Assembly (NCBI GenBank): GCA_964388035.1
Contig: CAYLZE010000021.1
Location: 1 to 59,600 of the forward strand
DNA: 59,600 bases
Direction of reading: 5' to 3'
Source of the DNA: an uncultured archaeon
Lineage (GTDB): Archaea; Asgardarchaeota; Lokiarchaeia; Sigyniarchaeales; SOKP01
Both the position numbers and the translations under genes were made by a program. Numbering within the stretch: position 1 is the first letter of the stretch; every line of letters starts with the position of its first letter. Of the stretch, positions 21,925 through 33,229 are shown one piece after another. The notes beneath the pieces are model-generated. The model was given only the letters and a program-made list of their open reading frames with translations, made no database searches and was not told the DNA's origin.

Positions 21925-22620
21925 ATGACAAAAAATGATCAAGCTAGCTATAAACAAATCACGCAAAGTATTGAATATAAATGGATCTATGATGCAATTC
22001 TCTAGCAGTTATATGATATAGGTTTAAAAGTTGGACTTACTCCTATTAGTGAAAAAATTTTAAGATTAAGTGTATATCAAGTACTTGCTCCCCTAGTAAA
22101 ACACGAAAATAAGATATTAGATTTGTGTTGTGGAACAGGAACATTAACCACTCAATTAGCGAAGTTATTGTATTCCGACTGCCTGATTTATGGGGCTGAT
22201 ATATCTGAAGAACAGATCGAAAAAGCCAAAAAAAAAAATATTCATGCTAACCTCCAATTCATGACTATGGATGCTAATTCATTACTTTTTGAGGATAATT
22301 TCTTTAATTTTGTAATAATTTCAGCAGCATTGCATGAAATGGATAAAACTCAAAGACTAAATGTTTTAAAAGAAATTTATCGCGTATTAAAAAAGGGAGG
22401 ATATTTAATAGTATTTGATCATCATGAACCTAAAGAAACATTAATGCGAGTTTTATATAATTTTTATTTAGGATTTCCAGAAAAGTTGCTTTCAAATTCC
22501 GCCGAAATGCAAAGAAATATTTTGATAGAGCTCACCCAATCGAAATTTAATATTTTAGCTCAATACCCCGTGAAGCGATTTTTAAATTTTTTTCAAAATA
22601 TTGTGACGATGAAAAGTTAA
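21925..22620 (+). pseudogene. UbiE-like SAM methyltransferase interrupted by one in-frame TAG (22003-22005)
   Basis: ATG 21925 gives MTKNDQASYKQITQSIEYKWIYDAIL*QLYDIGLK...ILDLCCGTG in one frame; the track ORF starts inside motif I. Confidence 0.8.
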
Positions 22621-22743
22621 AAAAGTAGTTTAAAAAAACACTTGAGTAAAAGCACATCTATTCTAAAATGAATTCATCCACTCTTTCTAAATCCTGAAGA
22701 AATTTAAAATAAAATATAAAAATTAAAAAATGTTTGATTTAAA

Positions 22744-24705
22744 TTAAAAATCTTCACATATCGATTCCATTTTGGGGATTGTATAAATAAGACCTCCAGA
22801 TATAACAGCTTTAATTTGTCTTTCACTCATTGCATGCATTGTCTGATATTCTTCTTTTTTGGTTTCATTTTTCACGCTAACTGCAGAACCTTTTTGAATT
22901 TCGTTTTTCATATTAGATAATTGTAAAACATCTCCTTGTTCAATTTGCTCCCAATCTTGTTTATTTTTAAAGGTAAGTGGGAGTACACCAAAATTAATTA
23001 GATTTTGCCAATGGATACGCGAAAAACTTTTAGCAATTACCACTCTTAATCCTAAATAACGAGGAGCAAGAGCAGCATGCTCCCGACTAGAACCTTGCCC
23101 GTAATTTTCTCCCCCAATTATAGCAAACCCTTTTGATTGCAGTTTTATGGCTCTCTCATAAAAACTCTCGTCTATGATATTATAAACAAATCTACTTATT
23201 TCGGGGATATTACTTCTGAAGGGTAATACTCTTGCCCCGGCAGGCATGATCTCATCTGTTGATATATTGTCGCTAACTTTTAGAATTACTGGTAATTGAA
23301 TGCTATTTGGTAAAGGTTTAAAGGCAGGAAGTGACTTGATATTGGGACCCTTTCTAAGATTCACATCTAAACACTTCTCTGGAGGAGGAATGATCATTGC
23401 TTTATTGATGATGGGTTTATCAGGTTCGATGTATTTTGGATATTTAATTTTCCAAGTTCTGGGATCTGTTATGACACCTGTTATTGCTGAAATGGTGGCG
23501 GTTTCGGGACTGCATAAGTATACTTGATCATTTTTTGTACCTGAACGACCAGGAAAGTTTCTGGGTGTTGTTCTCAGGCTTATTCCACCTGTGGGAGGTG
23601 CCTGTCCCATTCCTATACATCCGTTACAACCTGGTTCATGAATGCGAGCACCTGATTTAATTAATTGATTTAATATTTCCATATCCGCTAGATTTTCTAA
23701 GATTTCTCTGGTGGTTGGATTAACATCGTAAGAAACTTTAGGAGCAATCACTTGATCTCTTAGAATTAAAGCACAAATTGCAAAGTCTCTTAACCCGGGA
23801 TTGGCAGATGATCCGATATAACTCTGTAGAATCTCCTTTCCTGCAACTTCTGTAACGGGCACTACATTTCCTGGACTACTGGGTAATGCGATTAAGGGTT
23901 CTATTTCTGAAAGATTTATTTCGTCAGTAACATCGTATTCACATCCCTCATCTGCCATTAACTCAACATATTCATTTCCTCGATTTTCTTTTTCCATGTA
24001 ATGTTTTACTAGAAAATCAGAAGGAAAAATGCTTGTAGTTGCTCCGAGTTCGGCTCCCATATTACAAATAACGTGACGATCCATGGCAGTAAGATTTTTA
24101 AGACCAGGTCCATAATATTCAACTATTCGTCCAACTCCTCCCTTCACGTCATGTCTTCTTAGCATCTCAAGGATGATATCTTTTGCACTCGTCCAGTCAG
24201 GAAGCTCACCTACGAGTTTTATCCCCCAAATTTCAGGCATTTTAACGTAATATGGCTGTCCTGATATTGCCATTGCTACTTCCAACCCGCCTGTTCCAAT
24301 GGCTAACATCCCTAATCCTCCTGCTGCAGGAGTATGGCTGTCAGATCCTAATAAAGTTTTTCCAGGAATACCGAATCTTTCCATATGAAGGGGATGACTC
24401 ACACCATTTCCGGGACGGCTATACCAAAGTCCAAATTTTTGGCAAGCTGTATATAAAAAGAGATGATCATCTGGATTTTTAAAATCTGCTTGAATCAAGT
24501 TATGATCTACATATTGGACAGAAACTTCTGTCTTGGCCCTTCCCATTTCCATTGCTTCTAATTCTAACATTACCATGGTTCCAGTAGCATCTTGACATAA
24601 TGTTTGGTCAATTCTTATTCCAATCTCCTCACCCACCTCCATCTTACCTTCAAGGAGATGAGCCTTAATTAATTTTTGTGCAAGGGTTAATTTTTCATTA
24701 CTCAT
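22744..24705 (-). CDS. Aconitate hydratase, short (mitochondrial/Aquifex-like) form
   Basis: DQTLCQDATG, VDHN, GSDSHT, GSSAN, GCNGCIGMG, PRNFPGR, STDEIMPAG, GQGSSREHAA. Confidence 0.9.
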   Translation of the reverse strand: MSNEKLTLAQKLIKAHLLEGKMEVGEEIGIRIDQTLCQDATGTMVMLELEAMEMGRAKTEVSVQYVDHNLIQADFKNPDDHLFLYTACQKFGLWYSRPGNGVSHPLHMERFGIPGKTLLGSDSHTPAAGGLGMLAIGTGGLEVAMAISGQPYYVKMPEIWGIKLVGELPDWTSAKDIILEMLRRHDVKGGVGRIVEYYGPGLKNLTAMDRHVICNMGAELGATTSIFPSDFLVKHYMEKENRGNEYVELMADEGCEYDVTDEINLSEIEPLIALPSSPGNVVPVTEVAGKEILQSYIGSSANPGLRDFAICALILRDQVIAPKVSYDVNPTTREILENLADMEILNQLIKSGARIHEPGCNGCIGMGQAPPTGGISLRTTPRNFPGRSGTKNDQVYLCSPETATISAITGVITDPRTWKIKYPKYIEPDKPIINKAMIIPPPEKCLDVNLRKGPNIKSLPAFKPLPNSIQLPVILKVSDNISTDEIMPAGARVLPFRSNIPEISRFVYNIIDESFYERAIKLQSKGFAIIGGENYGQGSSREHAALAPRYLGLRVVIAKSFSRIHWQNLINFGVLPLTFKNKQDWEQIEQGDVLQLSNMKNEIQKGSAVSVKNETKKEEYQTMHAMSERQIKAVISGGLIYTIPKMESICEDF

Positions 24706-24756
24706 TTTTTTACCTCACATTTTTTTTGTACCAAGCTGATTTAAATTATTACTAAA

Positions 24757-26028
24757 TTATCGCTCCTCCATAGGAACATATTTTTTGTTTAACTCGCCTA
24801 TATATCTTAATCTAGGACGAATAAGTTTGTTATCAGATAGCTGTTCTATCGCATGAGCCACCCATCCTACACTTCTTGAGGCTGCAAAGAGGGGAGTAAA
24901 TGAAAGCGTGGGAATTCCAAGTATATGAAGTAGTCCTGCAGAATATAAATCTACGTTTGGATAGATATGCTTATTTTTTATCATATAATCAGTTAAAACT
25001 TCCGTCATTTCGTAGATATTGTCAATTTTACCGTGTTCATCTTTATGAGTGGGATTCGGAATGGCTCCTTCGACTTCTCCTCTTTCCCATTGATCCCAAA
25101 ATTTCTTTGATAATTCACGCAAGATTTTTGCCCTTGGATCCCAAGTTTTATATATCCTATGACCAAATCCCATTATTTTCTCTTTATTTTTCAGCTTCTC
25201 TTCAACCCATGGAATGACGTTATCTTTTTTCTTGATCTCTTCAAGCATGGCTCGAATAACACGCTCATTAGCTCCTCCATGCAGAGGACCCCTTAAAGTG
25301 CCAATTGCACTAGTTACACCACTATATAAATCCGATAAAGTAGATACTGTGACTCTACAAGCAAAGGTGGATGCATTTATTGAATGATCAGCATGACATA
25401 TTAGAATATCATCAAAAGCTTCTACAAATTCTTGACTCGGTTCATTTCCGGTCATCATGTAGTAGTAATTCGCCGCGTGGGAATCATTATCAGATGGTTC
25501 GACCAATGGCTCATTAGATTGGATTCTATGGGAAAAAGCTAAGATTGTGGGAAGTTTTGCTATAATCCTCACCCCTTTTCTAACATTGGCTTCTTGTGAA
25601 TAATCATAATTATCATAATCATATAGCGATAAAGCGGATATTGCAGTTCTTAATAATTCGATTCTTGTGGTATTTCGGGGAAAGCTTTTAAGGATGGCTA
25701 AAATGTTATCGGGGATGCCTCTCTCCTTAATTAATTCATCTTTAAATTCACTATATTGAGATTTCGTAGGTAATTTTCCATTTATCAGTAAGTATGCCAC
25801 CTCTTCGAAATTGGAATGTTCAACTAAAGTTTCCACGGGATATCCACGATAATATAACTCGCCTTGCACGCCATCAATCATGGTAATTGTACTCTCATCC
25901 ACGTAGATGCCGACGAGTCCTTTATATGTTTTAGATTGATCTAATTCACATAATTTGGGTTCTTCTTCTTCATAATCTTCACAGATAAAAGAAAGGGATG
26001 TTTCGCACGCTTCTTTACCAACATTCAT
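24757..26028 (-). CDS. gltA: Citrate synthase
   Basis: LYYRGY, HADHSINAST, GPLHGGANE, GFGHRIYK..DPR, YPNVD, LIRPR. Confidence 0.93.
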   Translation of the reverse strand: MNVGKEACETSLSFICEDYEEEEPKLCELDQSKTYKGLVGIYVDESTITMIDGVQGELYYRGYPVETLVEHSNFEEVAYLLINGKLPTKSQYSEFKDELIKERGIPDNILAILKSFPRNTTRIELLRTAISALSLYDYDNYDYSQEANVRKGVRIIAKLPTILAFSHRIQSNEPLVEPSDNDSHAANYYYMMTGNEPSQEFVEAFDDILICHADHSINASTFACRVTVSTLSDLYSGVTSAIGTLRGPLHGGANERVIRAMLEEIKKKDNVIPWVEEKLKNKEKIMGFGHRIYKTWDPRAKILRELSKKFWDQWERGEVEGAIPNPTHKDEHGKIDNIYEMTEVLTDYMIKNKHIYPNVDLYSAGLLHILGIPTLSFTPLFAASRSVGWVAHAIEQLSDNKLIRPRLRYIGELNKKYVPMEER

Positions 26029-26136
26029 ATTTTTGTTTCATCTTTTTAATAAATTCTTGGATTTTTAACAATCTGAGAAATATTTAATACTACTTGTTAT
26101 AATTAATTAATAAAATAAAAATGAGAATCAGAAAGT

Positions 26137-27192
26137 TTAATAAAGGATATCATTTGAAATTTCTTTTAAGGATTTGCAGTTGGTCATTAACATGGCTTTT
26201 TGAAGTGTTTTTTGAAGGTATTCCATATTTACCCGTACACCCTCAATCCCAGCTCCCACGGCAGCCCTGATTAAGTCCCTTCCAATCAAAACCGCCTCAG
26301 CACCCAATGCCAGCATCTTTAATGCATCATATCCCGTTCTAACTCCTCCATCAGCAAAGATCTTAATTTTTCCTTTAACTTTTTTCACGATAAATGGTAA
26401 AACTTCTGCAGTTCCAGGTGTATGATCCAAAACGCGTCCGCCATGATTTGATACTACAATCGCAGCTGCCCCGACTTCCACAGCCTTAACAGCATCTTCA
26501 ACACACATTACTCCTTTTATTATAAATGGAAGGTTGGTAGATCTTTTAAGTTCCTTAAGGTCCTCCACGCTTTTCCTAAATACTGGTTTACCATGTTTTG
26601 CCATCATGTATGATCCACATCCATCTATATCAACTCCAACAGCTAAGGTACCCACACCTTCCGCTTTTTTGAATAACTTTATTATTTCTTCTTGTTCTCG
26701 TGGTTTTACAATTTTAACTCCAACTCCTCCTGCTTCTGCTATTGCATCAATCCCGTAGGAATTATCAATGGAATAATTATGGCTATCTCCCCGCCATCCA
26801 ATGGAGCCCGCTTCTTTGCATCCTAATACAATATCTCGACAGAACTCTCGTTCAGTAATGATTTCATCTCCACCAAAACTGTCCACACCTGCCACGCTTG
26901 CTCCCATAATCGGCATTTGTATTTCTTTATTAAAAAATACATACTCTGTATTTGGTGTGAAATGGTCTCCAATCAAGCTTGTCTTTAACTTAATTTGTTT
27001 TAAAGCTAAAAAATTGTTATGAAAGCTTGCTCCTGATCCAATTGCTCCAATACCTAAGGGTCTTCCATAGCTTTGTCCTTGGCATAGTCGTGTATCTAAA
27101 CCATCACAAATCCGATATACGCCACATATTCCCTTTAACTTATTTCTAGCACTTTCACGTGCATCTTCTAATGTCAAATTTTGTTGAGTAAT
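26137..27192 (-). CDS. FMN-dependent alpha-hydroxy acid dehydrogenase with N-terminal Cys cluster; start probably ATT at 27192
   Basis: IIKG, SNHGGR, DGGVRTG.DALKMLALGA motifs; N-terminal CGVYRICDGLDTRLC; SD GAGGTGA 27205-27199 + 6 nt + ATT. Confidence 0.88.
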   Translation of the reverse strand: MTQQNLTLEDARESARNKLKGICGVYRICDGLDTRLCQGQSYGRPLGIGAIGSGASFHNNFLALKQIKLKTSLIGDHFTPNTEYVFFNKEIQMPIMGASVAGVDSFGGDEIITEREFCRDIVLGCKEAGSIGWRGDSHNYSIDNSYGIDAIAEAGGVGVKIVKPREQEEIIKLFKKAEGVGTLAVGVDIDGCGSYMMAKHGKPVFRKSVEDLKELKRSTNLPFIIKGVMCVEDAVKAVEVGAAAIVVSNHGGRVLDHTPGTAEVLPFIVKKVKGKIKIFADGGVRTGYDALKMLALGAEAVLIGRDLIRAAVGAGIEGVRVNMEYLQKTLQKAMLMTNCKSLKEISNDILY

Positions 27193-27208
27193 TTTCTTTC
27201 ACCTCAAT

Positions 27209-28600
27209 TTAAACCATATTCTTTGGATCTAGAATCTCATCCAGATTTTTTTCAAGTGGTATATTCATTTCTAAAATTACTTCCTTTATTGTTTTTCCTT
27301 CTTTATATGCTCTTTGAGCAATTTCTGAGCATTTATCATAACCAATATATGGGCTAAGATTAGTTACTATCATTAACATGCGATCTAATTGGGATTGAAT
27401 CTGCTCTTTATTTGCCTTTAGCTCTATCAAGCAATGCTTAACAAATGAATTAATACATCCACTAAGGATCTGAATTGATTCTAATAGATTGGTAATCATG
27501 AGAGGATTACCTACACATAAATCTAAAATACTAAGATAAGCTTCGCAAAAGTTTATAGTAGTATCATTTCCCATTACTTGCAAGCACACTTGTATCATGG
27601 CTTCTGACTGGGTGGGATTGATTTTACCCGGCATTATGGAGGATCCTGGTTCGTTTGCGGGTAGGATCAATTCTCCTAATCCTGCTCTTGGACCACTCCC
27701 CATCCATCTGATATCGTTTGCCATTTTCATTAAAGAGAGGGCAAATAGACGCATATTACTGCTAACATGGACAAGAGTATTATGAGATGCTATCCCTTCA
27801 GCTTTTACCGGATTATTCATAATGGGAAATTTGGTGAGTTGTGATAATTCTTGCGCAAATAATTTTGGGAAATCTTCATGACAATTAAGCCCCGTTCCGA
27901 CGGCAGTACCTCCTTGAGGAATAAAACACAATTCGTCAAAAGAATCTTTTAGTCTTTTCTTGTTTACTTTAATCTGCCGTAAATATACTTCAAACTCCAT
28001 AGAAAGTGGAATGGGCACAGCATCTTGCAAATGGGTCCTTCCAACCTTGACTATATTTTTAAATTCATTTACTTTTTTTTCTAAAGCTTCAATTAGCCGT
28101 TTGATTGAGGGAAATAAGATTTCGTCAAGCAAGTGAAGAGTTGAGAGATGCATGGCAGTTGGAATAACATCATTTGACGATTGCCCCATGTTGACATGGT
28201 CATTAGGATGAACAGGAAATTTTTTACCTTTCTCATGACCTAATATTTCACTTGCCCTATTGGCGAGTACTTCATTCATGTTCATGTTCGTTTGAGTTCC
28301 AGATCCTGTTTGAAATACATCGATTTGAAACTGATCCATGTATTTACCTTCCTGTAATAATTCGTCAACTGCTTTTAAAATGGCATTTCCCTTTTCTTTA
28401 TCCATCAACTCTAATTTCATATTGGTTAGTAGACTTGCCTTTTTAACTTCTGCTAACGACTTGATAAAAATTGGAGGCAATTTCTTATTACTTATCTGAA
28501 AATTATCTAATGCCCGTTGGGTATTTATACCATAATAAGCACTTTTAGGAACAGGTAATTCTCCCAATACATCCTTTTCCATTCGAAATTCTTCATTCAT
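27209..28600 (-). CDS. fumC: Class II fumarate hydratase
   Basis: FQTGSGTQTNMN, HPNDHVN, SSND, GRTHLQDA, GSSIMPGKINP. Confidence 0.95.
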   Translation of the reverse strand: MNEEFRMEKDVLGELPVPKSAYYGINTQRALDNFQISNKKLPPIFIKSLAEVKKASLLTNMKLELMDKEKGNAILKAVDELLQEGKYMDQFQIDVFQTGSGTQTNMNMNEVLANRASEILGHEKGKKFPVHPNDHVNMGQSSNDVIPTAMHLSTLHLLDEILFPSIKRLIEALEKKVNEFKNIVKVGRTHLQDAVPIPLSMEFEVYLRQIKVNKKRLKDSFDELCFIPQGGTAVGTGLNCHEDFPKLFAQELSQLTKFPIMNNPVKAEGIASHNTLVHVSSNMRLFALSLMKMANDIRWMGSGPRAGLGELILPANEPGSSIMPGKINPTQSEAMIQVCLQVMGNDTTINFCEAYLSILDLCVGNPLMITNLLESIQILSGCINSFVKHCLIELKANKEQIQSQLDRMLMIVTNLSPYIGYDKCSEIAQRAYKEGKTIKEVILEMNIPLEKNLDEILDPKNMV

Positions 28601-28678
28601 TTAACTTCCACAACCTTAAGTTTTCTTGTTATTTATAAAATAAAAAAACAATAAAGATAAGTTTGAAATAAAATTAGA

Positions 28679-29428
28679 TTAACGTTCTCTCAGTTCATTA
28701 ATCGCCGTACCTGGCATGACTCCTTTAGGGCATACGCGATTGCATACGAAAAACTTTTCACATGAAGGAACTCCGTCCTTTTCCATGACGCGAGAAAAGA
28801 TAGTCTCTTTACGCTGGTCAGATGTGCGTGAATCTCTAACAAATCTATTTGCTTTAGCTAATTGAGCGGGTCCTAAATAGTTAGGATCCTTTTTATTAAC
28901 AGGACAAGCCCAGCATAGCCCACACAAAATACAATATACATATCTTTCTATCGTTTTCATTTGACTCGGTGACTGCTGGGATTCAGGAGCAACATCGTTC
29001 CACTCTCTGGTAAAATACGGTTCGACTTCCCTATAGAAGGCCCAAAATGGTTCCATGTCCACGACAAGATCTTTTATCACTTCCATGTTAGGTAAAGGTT
29101 CAATTAAAATCTCGTTCTCTTTATCCCAATCTGAGATATCTCCAAAGACGTATTCCGGTAAATTGATTGGTTTTTTCTCCTTTTTAAATGTTAGGACTTG
29201 TGATCGACATGCTAAGGATGGGACTTGGTCAATGCTCATGCCACATGATCCACATATAGCCCCTCTACAAGCATAGCGAAAAGCAAATGAAGAATCGAAA
29301 TGATCTTGTATATAAAACAGGGCTTCCAAGACATTCATGCCCTTCTTAACTGGAACTTCAAATCGATCATACTTGACCTTTCCATCTCCCTTATTTCGAT
29401 AAACTAAAAATTTTTGTATCGTGCTCAT
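28679..29428 (-). CDS. sdhB: Succinate dehydrogenase/fumarate reductase iron-sulfur subunit
   Basis: CRGAICGSC...C (2Fe-2S), CILCGLCWACP, CEKFFVCNRVCP, DLVVDM. Confidence 0.93.
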   Translation of the reverse strand: MSTIQKFLVYRNKGDGKVKYDRFEVPVKKGMNVLEALFYIQDHFDSSFAFRYACRGAICGSCGMSIDQVPSLACRSQVLTFKKEKKPINLPEYVFGDISDWDKENEILIEPLPNMEVIKDLVVDMEPFWAFYREVEPYFTREWNDVAPESQQSPSQMKTIERYVYCILCGLCWACPVNKKDPNYLGPAQLAKANRFVRDSRTSDQRKETIFSRVMEKDGVPSCEKFFVCNRVCPKGVMPGTAINELRER

Positions 29429-29429
29429 T

Positions 29430-31142
29430 TTAATACTCCCGTTTTTTTATTTCAAATATTCCTAATTTCACAGGTTTAGTTTTTATTTCCAAATCATCTT
29501 TTTTCTTATAAACTAATGAATGTACTAGATAATTATCATCATCTTGATCTGGAAAATCCAGTCGAGAGTGAGCTCCCCTACTTTCTTTCCTCCATAATGC
29601 TACATTCGCAGTTACTCTGGCAATTTGCAGCATGTTTCTAAGTTCAAGGGTGCGAATTAAACCATAATTAAATTTCCGATCTGTAGTTTCCATGTGAACA
29701 TCAAGGAAATCTTTTTGTAATTGTTCAAGTACATCACAAGCTTTTTCAAGATCTTCTTTGTTTCTATATATTCCCACATTAGAATTCATGATTTCACCCA
29801 TTTTTTCTCTAATAACCACGGGCATTACTCTTGAATTCTTTTCCCATTGATCAAACATCATTTCAATAGAAGCTATCATTTTATCTTCTGCTTCCTTAAT
29901 AACATCAGAGGGCTTCTTTTTAGGTAACCCTCTCTTTAGCAAAGTCCTTCCTATTGCTCTTCCAAAGACAGAAGTTTCTAAGAGCGAATTTCCCCCTAAT
30001 CGGTTAGCACCATGGACCGAAAGACATGAACATTCTCCTAACACCCATAATCCTGATAGATCCGTTTCTCCATGATCTCCTTGATACTTTGTGGCAATTC
30101 CGCCCATGCTATAATGCTGTCCTGGCTGAACTGGGATCGGCTCATCAATGGGATCGATACCAGCAAAATACATGCTAATTTCCCTAATACCAGGGAGACG
30201 CTCTTTTATTTTCTTTTCTCCGAGATGAGTAAGATCTAGATTAACATACGCATCCTCGATAGCGGTACCCTCATTTACTTCATCTTGGATTGCGCGAGCT
30301 ACGAGGTCTCGAGGGGCAAGTTCCATTGCTTCAGGAGCAGTTTTACTCATAAAACGTTCACCTTTAGCATTAAGTAAAGTCCCTCCCTCTCCACGAGCTC
30401 CTTCTGTAATCAAAATATTAGTACCATATAATGTAGTTGGATGAAATTGAACGAACTCACAATCCTCTAAGGGAAGACCTGCTCGGAATGATGCTCCCAC
30501 TCCATCTCCCGTGTTGATTATGGAATTAGTTGATCGTTTAAACATGCGCCCAAATCCTCCCGTTGCCAATATCACGTAATTAGAACGGAAAATAACTAAT
30601 TCCCCTTTACCTATATCTAAAAATATTCCCCCAGTTATCGCATCATCAACTCTAATGAGATCTATTAGATAATATTCATTAAAGAAGGTGACTTGATTTC
30701 GATTACATTGTTCAAACAACGTATGTAATAAAGCATGTCCAGTCCTATCACCTGCATAACAAGTTCTTGGAAAACCTGCTCCTCCAAAAGGGCGCTGGGC
30801 GATTAAACCTGTTTCTAATCGAGAAAAGGGAGCACCCATACTTTCAAATTCAATGACTATTTTTGGAGCCTCTTCGCACATGAACATTACTACATCTTGG
30901 TCAGCAAGATAGGCTGCTCCTTTAACAGTATCAAATGCATGGCGTTTTGGAGTGTCATCTTTACCTTCTTCTAAATTACGCAATGCTGCATTGATACCAC
31001 CTTGAGCAGCACATGAATGACTTCGAACTGGATATACTTTGCTAATGACTGCTACATTCCACTTGCGAGAAAGTTCCAATCCCGCCCTTAATCCACTTAA
31101 CCCAGCTCCTACAATAATCGCGTCAAATTCTTCTATTCTCAT
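29430..31142 (-). CDS. sdhA: Succinate dehydrogenase/fumarate reductase flavoprotein subunit
   Basis: [16 protein letters not shown] (covalent FAD His), [39 protein letters not shown] at 31142 avoids overlap with icd. Confidence 0.95.
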   Translation of the reverse strand: MRIEEFDAIIVGAGLSGLRAGLELSRKWNVAVISKVYPVRSHSCAAQGGINAALRNLEEGKDDTPKRHAFDTVKGAAYLADQDVVMFMCEEAPKIVIEFESMGAPFSRLETGLIAQRPFGGAGFPRTCYAGDRTGHALLHTLFEQCNRNQVTFFNEYYLIDLIRVDDAITGGIFLDIGKGELVIFRSNYVILATGGFGRMFKRSTNSIINTGDGVGASFRAGLPLEDCEFVQFHPTTLYGTNILITEGARGEGGTLLNAKGERFMSKTAPEAMELAPRDLVARAIQDEVNEGTAIEDAYVNLDLTHLGEKKIKERLPGIREISMYFAGIDPIDEPIPVQPGQHYSMGGIATKYQGDHGETDLSGLWVLGECSCLSVHGANRLGGNSLLETSVFGRAIGRTLLKRGLPKKKPSDVIKEAEDKMIASIEMMFDQWEKNSRVMPVVIREKMGEIMNSNVGIYRNKEDLEKACDVLEQLQKDFLDVHMETTDRKFNYGLIRTLELRNMLQIARVTANVALWRKESRGAHSRLDFPDQDDDNYLVHSLVYKKKDDLEIKTKPVKLGIFEIKKREY

Positions 31143-31164
31143 GATTTTAGAATTTTTATTTTTT

Positions 31165-32349
31165 TTAAGCTTTAATTTCAATCCTTTTTTTTTCGGGATT
31201 TCTCATGACTTCCATGACATATTTTGTAAATTCTTCACCCGTTGCTCCATTTTTATCTCCAGTAACAGCCACTTTTCTTTCATATATTCCGCATATATCT
31301 AAAGCATTTTCCAATTTATTTGCGTGATCTTTATATCCTATATGATTTAATAGCATGACCACTGCTCTTAGCAAGCTAGAAGGATCTGCATACATTGCCC
31401 TTCCTTGTTCTACCATTCTGGGTGCGGAACCATGAATTGCTTCAAACATTGCATATCGTTTTCCAATGTTTGCACTCCCCGCAGTGCCTACTCCTCCTTG
31501 CATCTGTGCAGCCTCATCGGTTAAAATATCACCGTAAAGATTGGGTGTTACAATCACCTTAAAGTTACTCTGTTTTTCAGGAATTAATAATTCCGCAGTC
31601 ATTATATCAATATACCAATCATCCCATTCTACTTCAGGAAAATCTTTTGCCACTTCTCTGGCAATTGCTAAAAATTTTCCATCTGTAGTCTTCACCACAT
31701 TGGCTTTCGTCACAACTGTAAGCCTATTTAGACCATTTTTCTTAGCATAATCAAAAGCATATCTGATTATCCTTTCAGCACCTTGAGTGGTAATAACCTT
31801 AAAATCAATAGCTAAGTCCTCAGTCACGTTCAACCCTTCTGAGCCTAAAATATAAGCTCCCTCCGTATTTTCTCTGAAAAAGGTCCAATGAATATTTTTT
31901 TCAGGGACTTTTACAGGGCGGATATTCGCAAATAAATCTAACTCCCTGCGAATCGCAACATTTGCACTTTCGATATTTGGCCACTTATCTCCCTTCCTAG
32001 GAGTAGTAGTGGGTCCTTTTAATAGAACGTGGCATTTCTTAATTTCATTTAAAACGTCTTCGGGTATAGCTTTCATCTTTTTCGCTCGATTTTCGATCGT
32101 CAAGCCTTCTATTACCTTAAATTCAACTTTTCCGCTTTTTAATTCCTCTTCTAAAAGGAATGTAAGAACAGTTCGCGCATGTTCCGAAATATAGGGTCCA
32201 ATTCCATCTCCTGGTGCGAATCCAATAATTATAGGATCTAGTTTTGAATGGTCGATCCAATCTCCTTCATTTTTGATATATTCTACACGTTCTAATTGCT
32301 TTTCAACTATCTTGCCGAATTTTTCTTTTGCTTTTTCAATTTCTTCCAT
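31165..32349 (-). CDS. icd: Isocitrate dehydrogenase (IDH/IMDH family)
   Basis: [15 protein letters not shown] (isocitrate-type Ser/Asn), [23 protein letters not shown]; TCA context; SD GGAGGT precedes ATG 32349. Confidence 0.85.
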   Translation of the reverse strand: MEEIEKAKEKFGKIVEKQLERVEYIKNEGDWIDHSKLDPIIIGFAPGDGIGPYISEHARTVLTFLLEEELKSGKVEFKVIEGLTIENRAKKMKAIPEDVLNEIKKCHVLLKGPTTTPRKGDKWPNIESANVAIRRELDLFANIRPVKVPEKNIHWTFFRENTEGAYILGSEGLNVTEDLAIDFKVITTQGAERIIRYAFDYAKKNGLNRLTVVTKANVVKTTDGKFLAIAREVAKDFPEVEWDDWYIDIMTAELLIPEKQSNFKVIVTPNLYGDILTDEAAQMQGGVGTAGSANIGKRYAMFEAIHGSAPRMVEQGRAMYADPSSLLRAVVMLLNHIGYKDHANKLENALDICGIYERKVAVTGDKNGATGEEFTKYVMEVMRNPEKKRIEIKA

Positions 32350-32371
32350 ACTTTGATTAACCTCCTTCATT

Positions 32372-33229
32372 TTAACGAAATGTATTTAGCAATTCGTTAA
32401 ACTTCTCTCTCTTAAATTCCCTTTGAAAAAGTGGTGTATCATCTTCTTTATAAATTCCCACATTTTCTTCAAAGGTGTTTTTATAAGGATTAATGTAAAA
32501 AATCCCTAAAGGATATCGATCTGTTTGCAATGCAAGTTTCATGGCTGCAAGTTGGTCTTGAGGATTATGTTCATCCTCAATATAATATGTATTTTCCTTG
32601 TACCACTGATACGTGTTAAGTGTATTAAAAGTTACACAAGGACAAAATAAATCGATAAGAGCATAACCTTTATGTTTTATTGCTTTTTTAAGAATTTCCT
32701 TGGTCTTTTCTTTATCTCCTACAAACGCACGTGCCACGAAAGATGCATCTAATGAAATGGCAATTGCGGTAGCATTAAAGGGATGATTATATACTCCATT
32801 GACTTGTACTTTTGTCACAAAACCAATCAAACTCGTTGGGGATGCTTGCCCTTTCGTCAATCCATATATTTGATTATTATGAACAATATTAACGATATTA
32901 GGATTATAGCGAATTGTATGGATGAAATGATTACCTCCTTCACTAAAGGTGCATCCATCTCCACTGACTGCTATGACTGTTAATTGCGGATTTGCCGCTT
33001 TAATCCCTATCGCATTGGATAAGTATCTTCCGTGCAATCCATTAAAACTTTGAGCTTTCATGAAATGAGGTAACTTTCCCGCTTGGCCAATTCCTGAAAC
33101 TACCACTAAGTTCTGTGGTCTTATCTCTAGTTCAATTAGGCTTTCTTTTAAAATATCAAGAGCGGGATAATTACCGCAACCTGGACACCAATGCTTTTCA
33201 ATATCTAAATCATACTTACTGGCTTCCAA
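32372..33229 (-). CDS. korB: 2-oxoacid:ferredoxin oxidoreductase beta subunit (KorB-like)
   Basis: [39 protein letters not shown]. Confidence 0.9.
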   Translation of the reverse strand: MEASKYDLDIEKHWCPGCGNYPALDILKESLIELEIRPQNLVVVSGIGQAGKLPHFMKAQSFNGLHGRYLSNAIGIKAANPQLTVIAVSGDGCTFSEGGNHFIHTIRYNPNIVNIVHNNQIYGLTKGQASPTSLIGFVTKVQVNGVYNHPFNATAIAISLDASFVARAFVGDKEKTKEILKKAIKHKGYALIDLFCPCVTFNTLNTYQWYKENTYYIEDEHNPQDQLAAMKLALQTDRYPLGIFYINPYKNTFEENVGIYKEDDTPLFQREFKREKFNELLNTFR

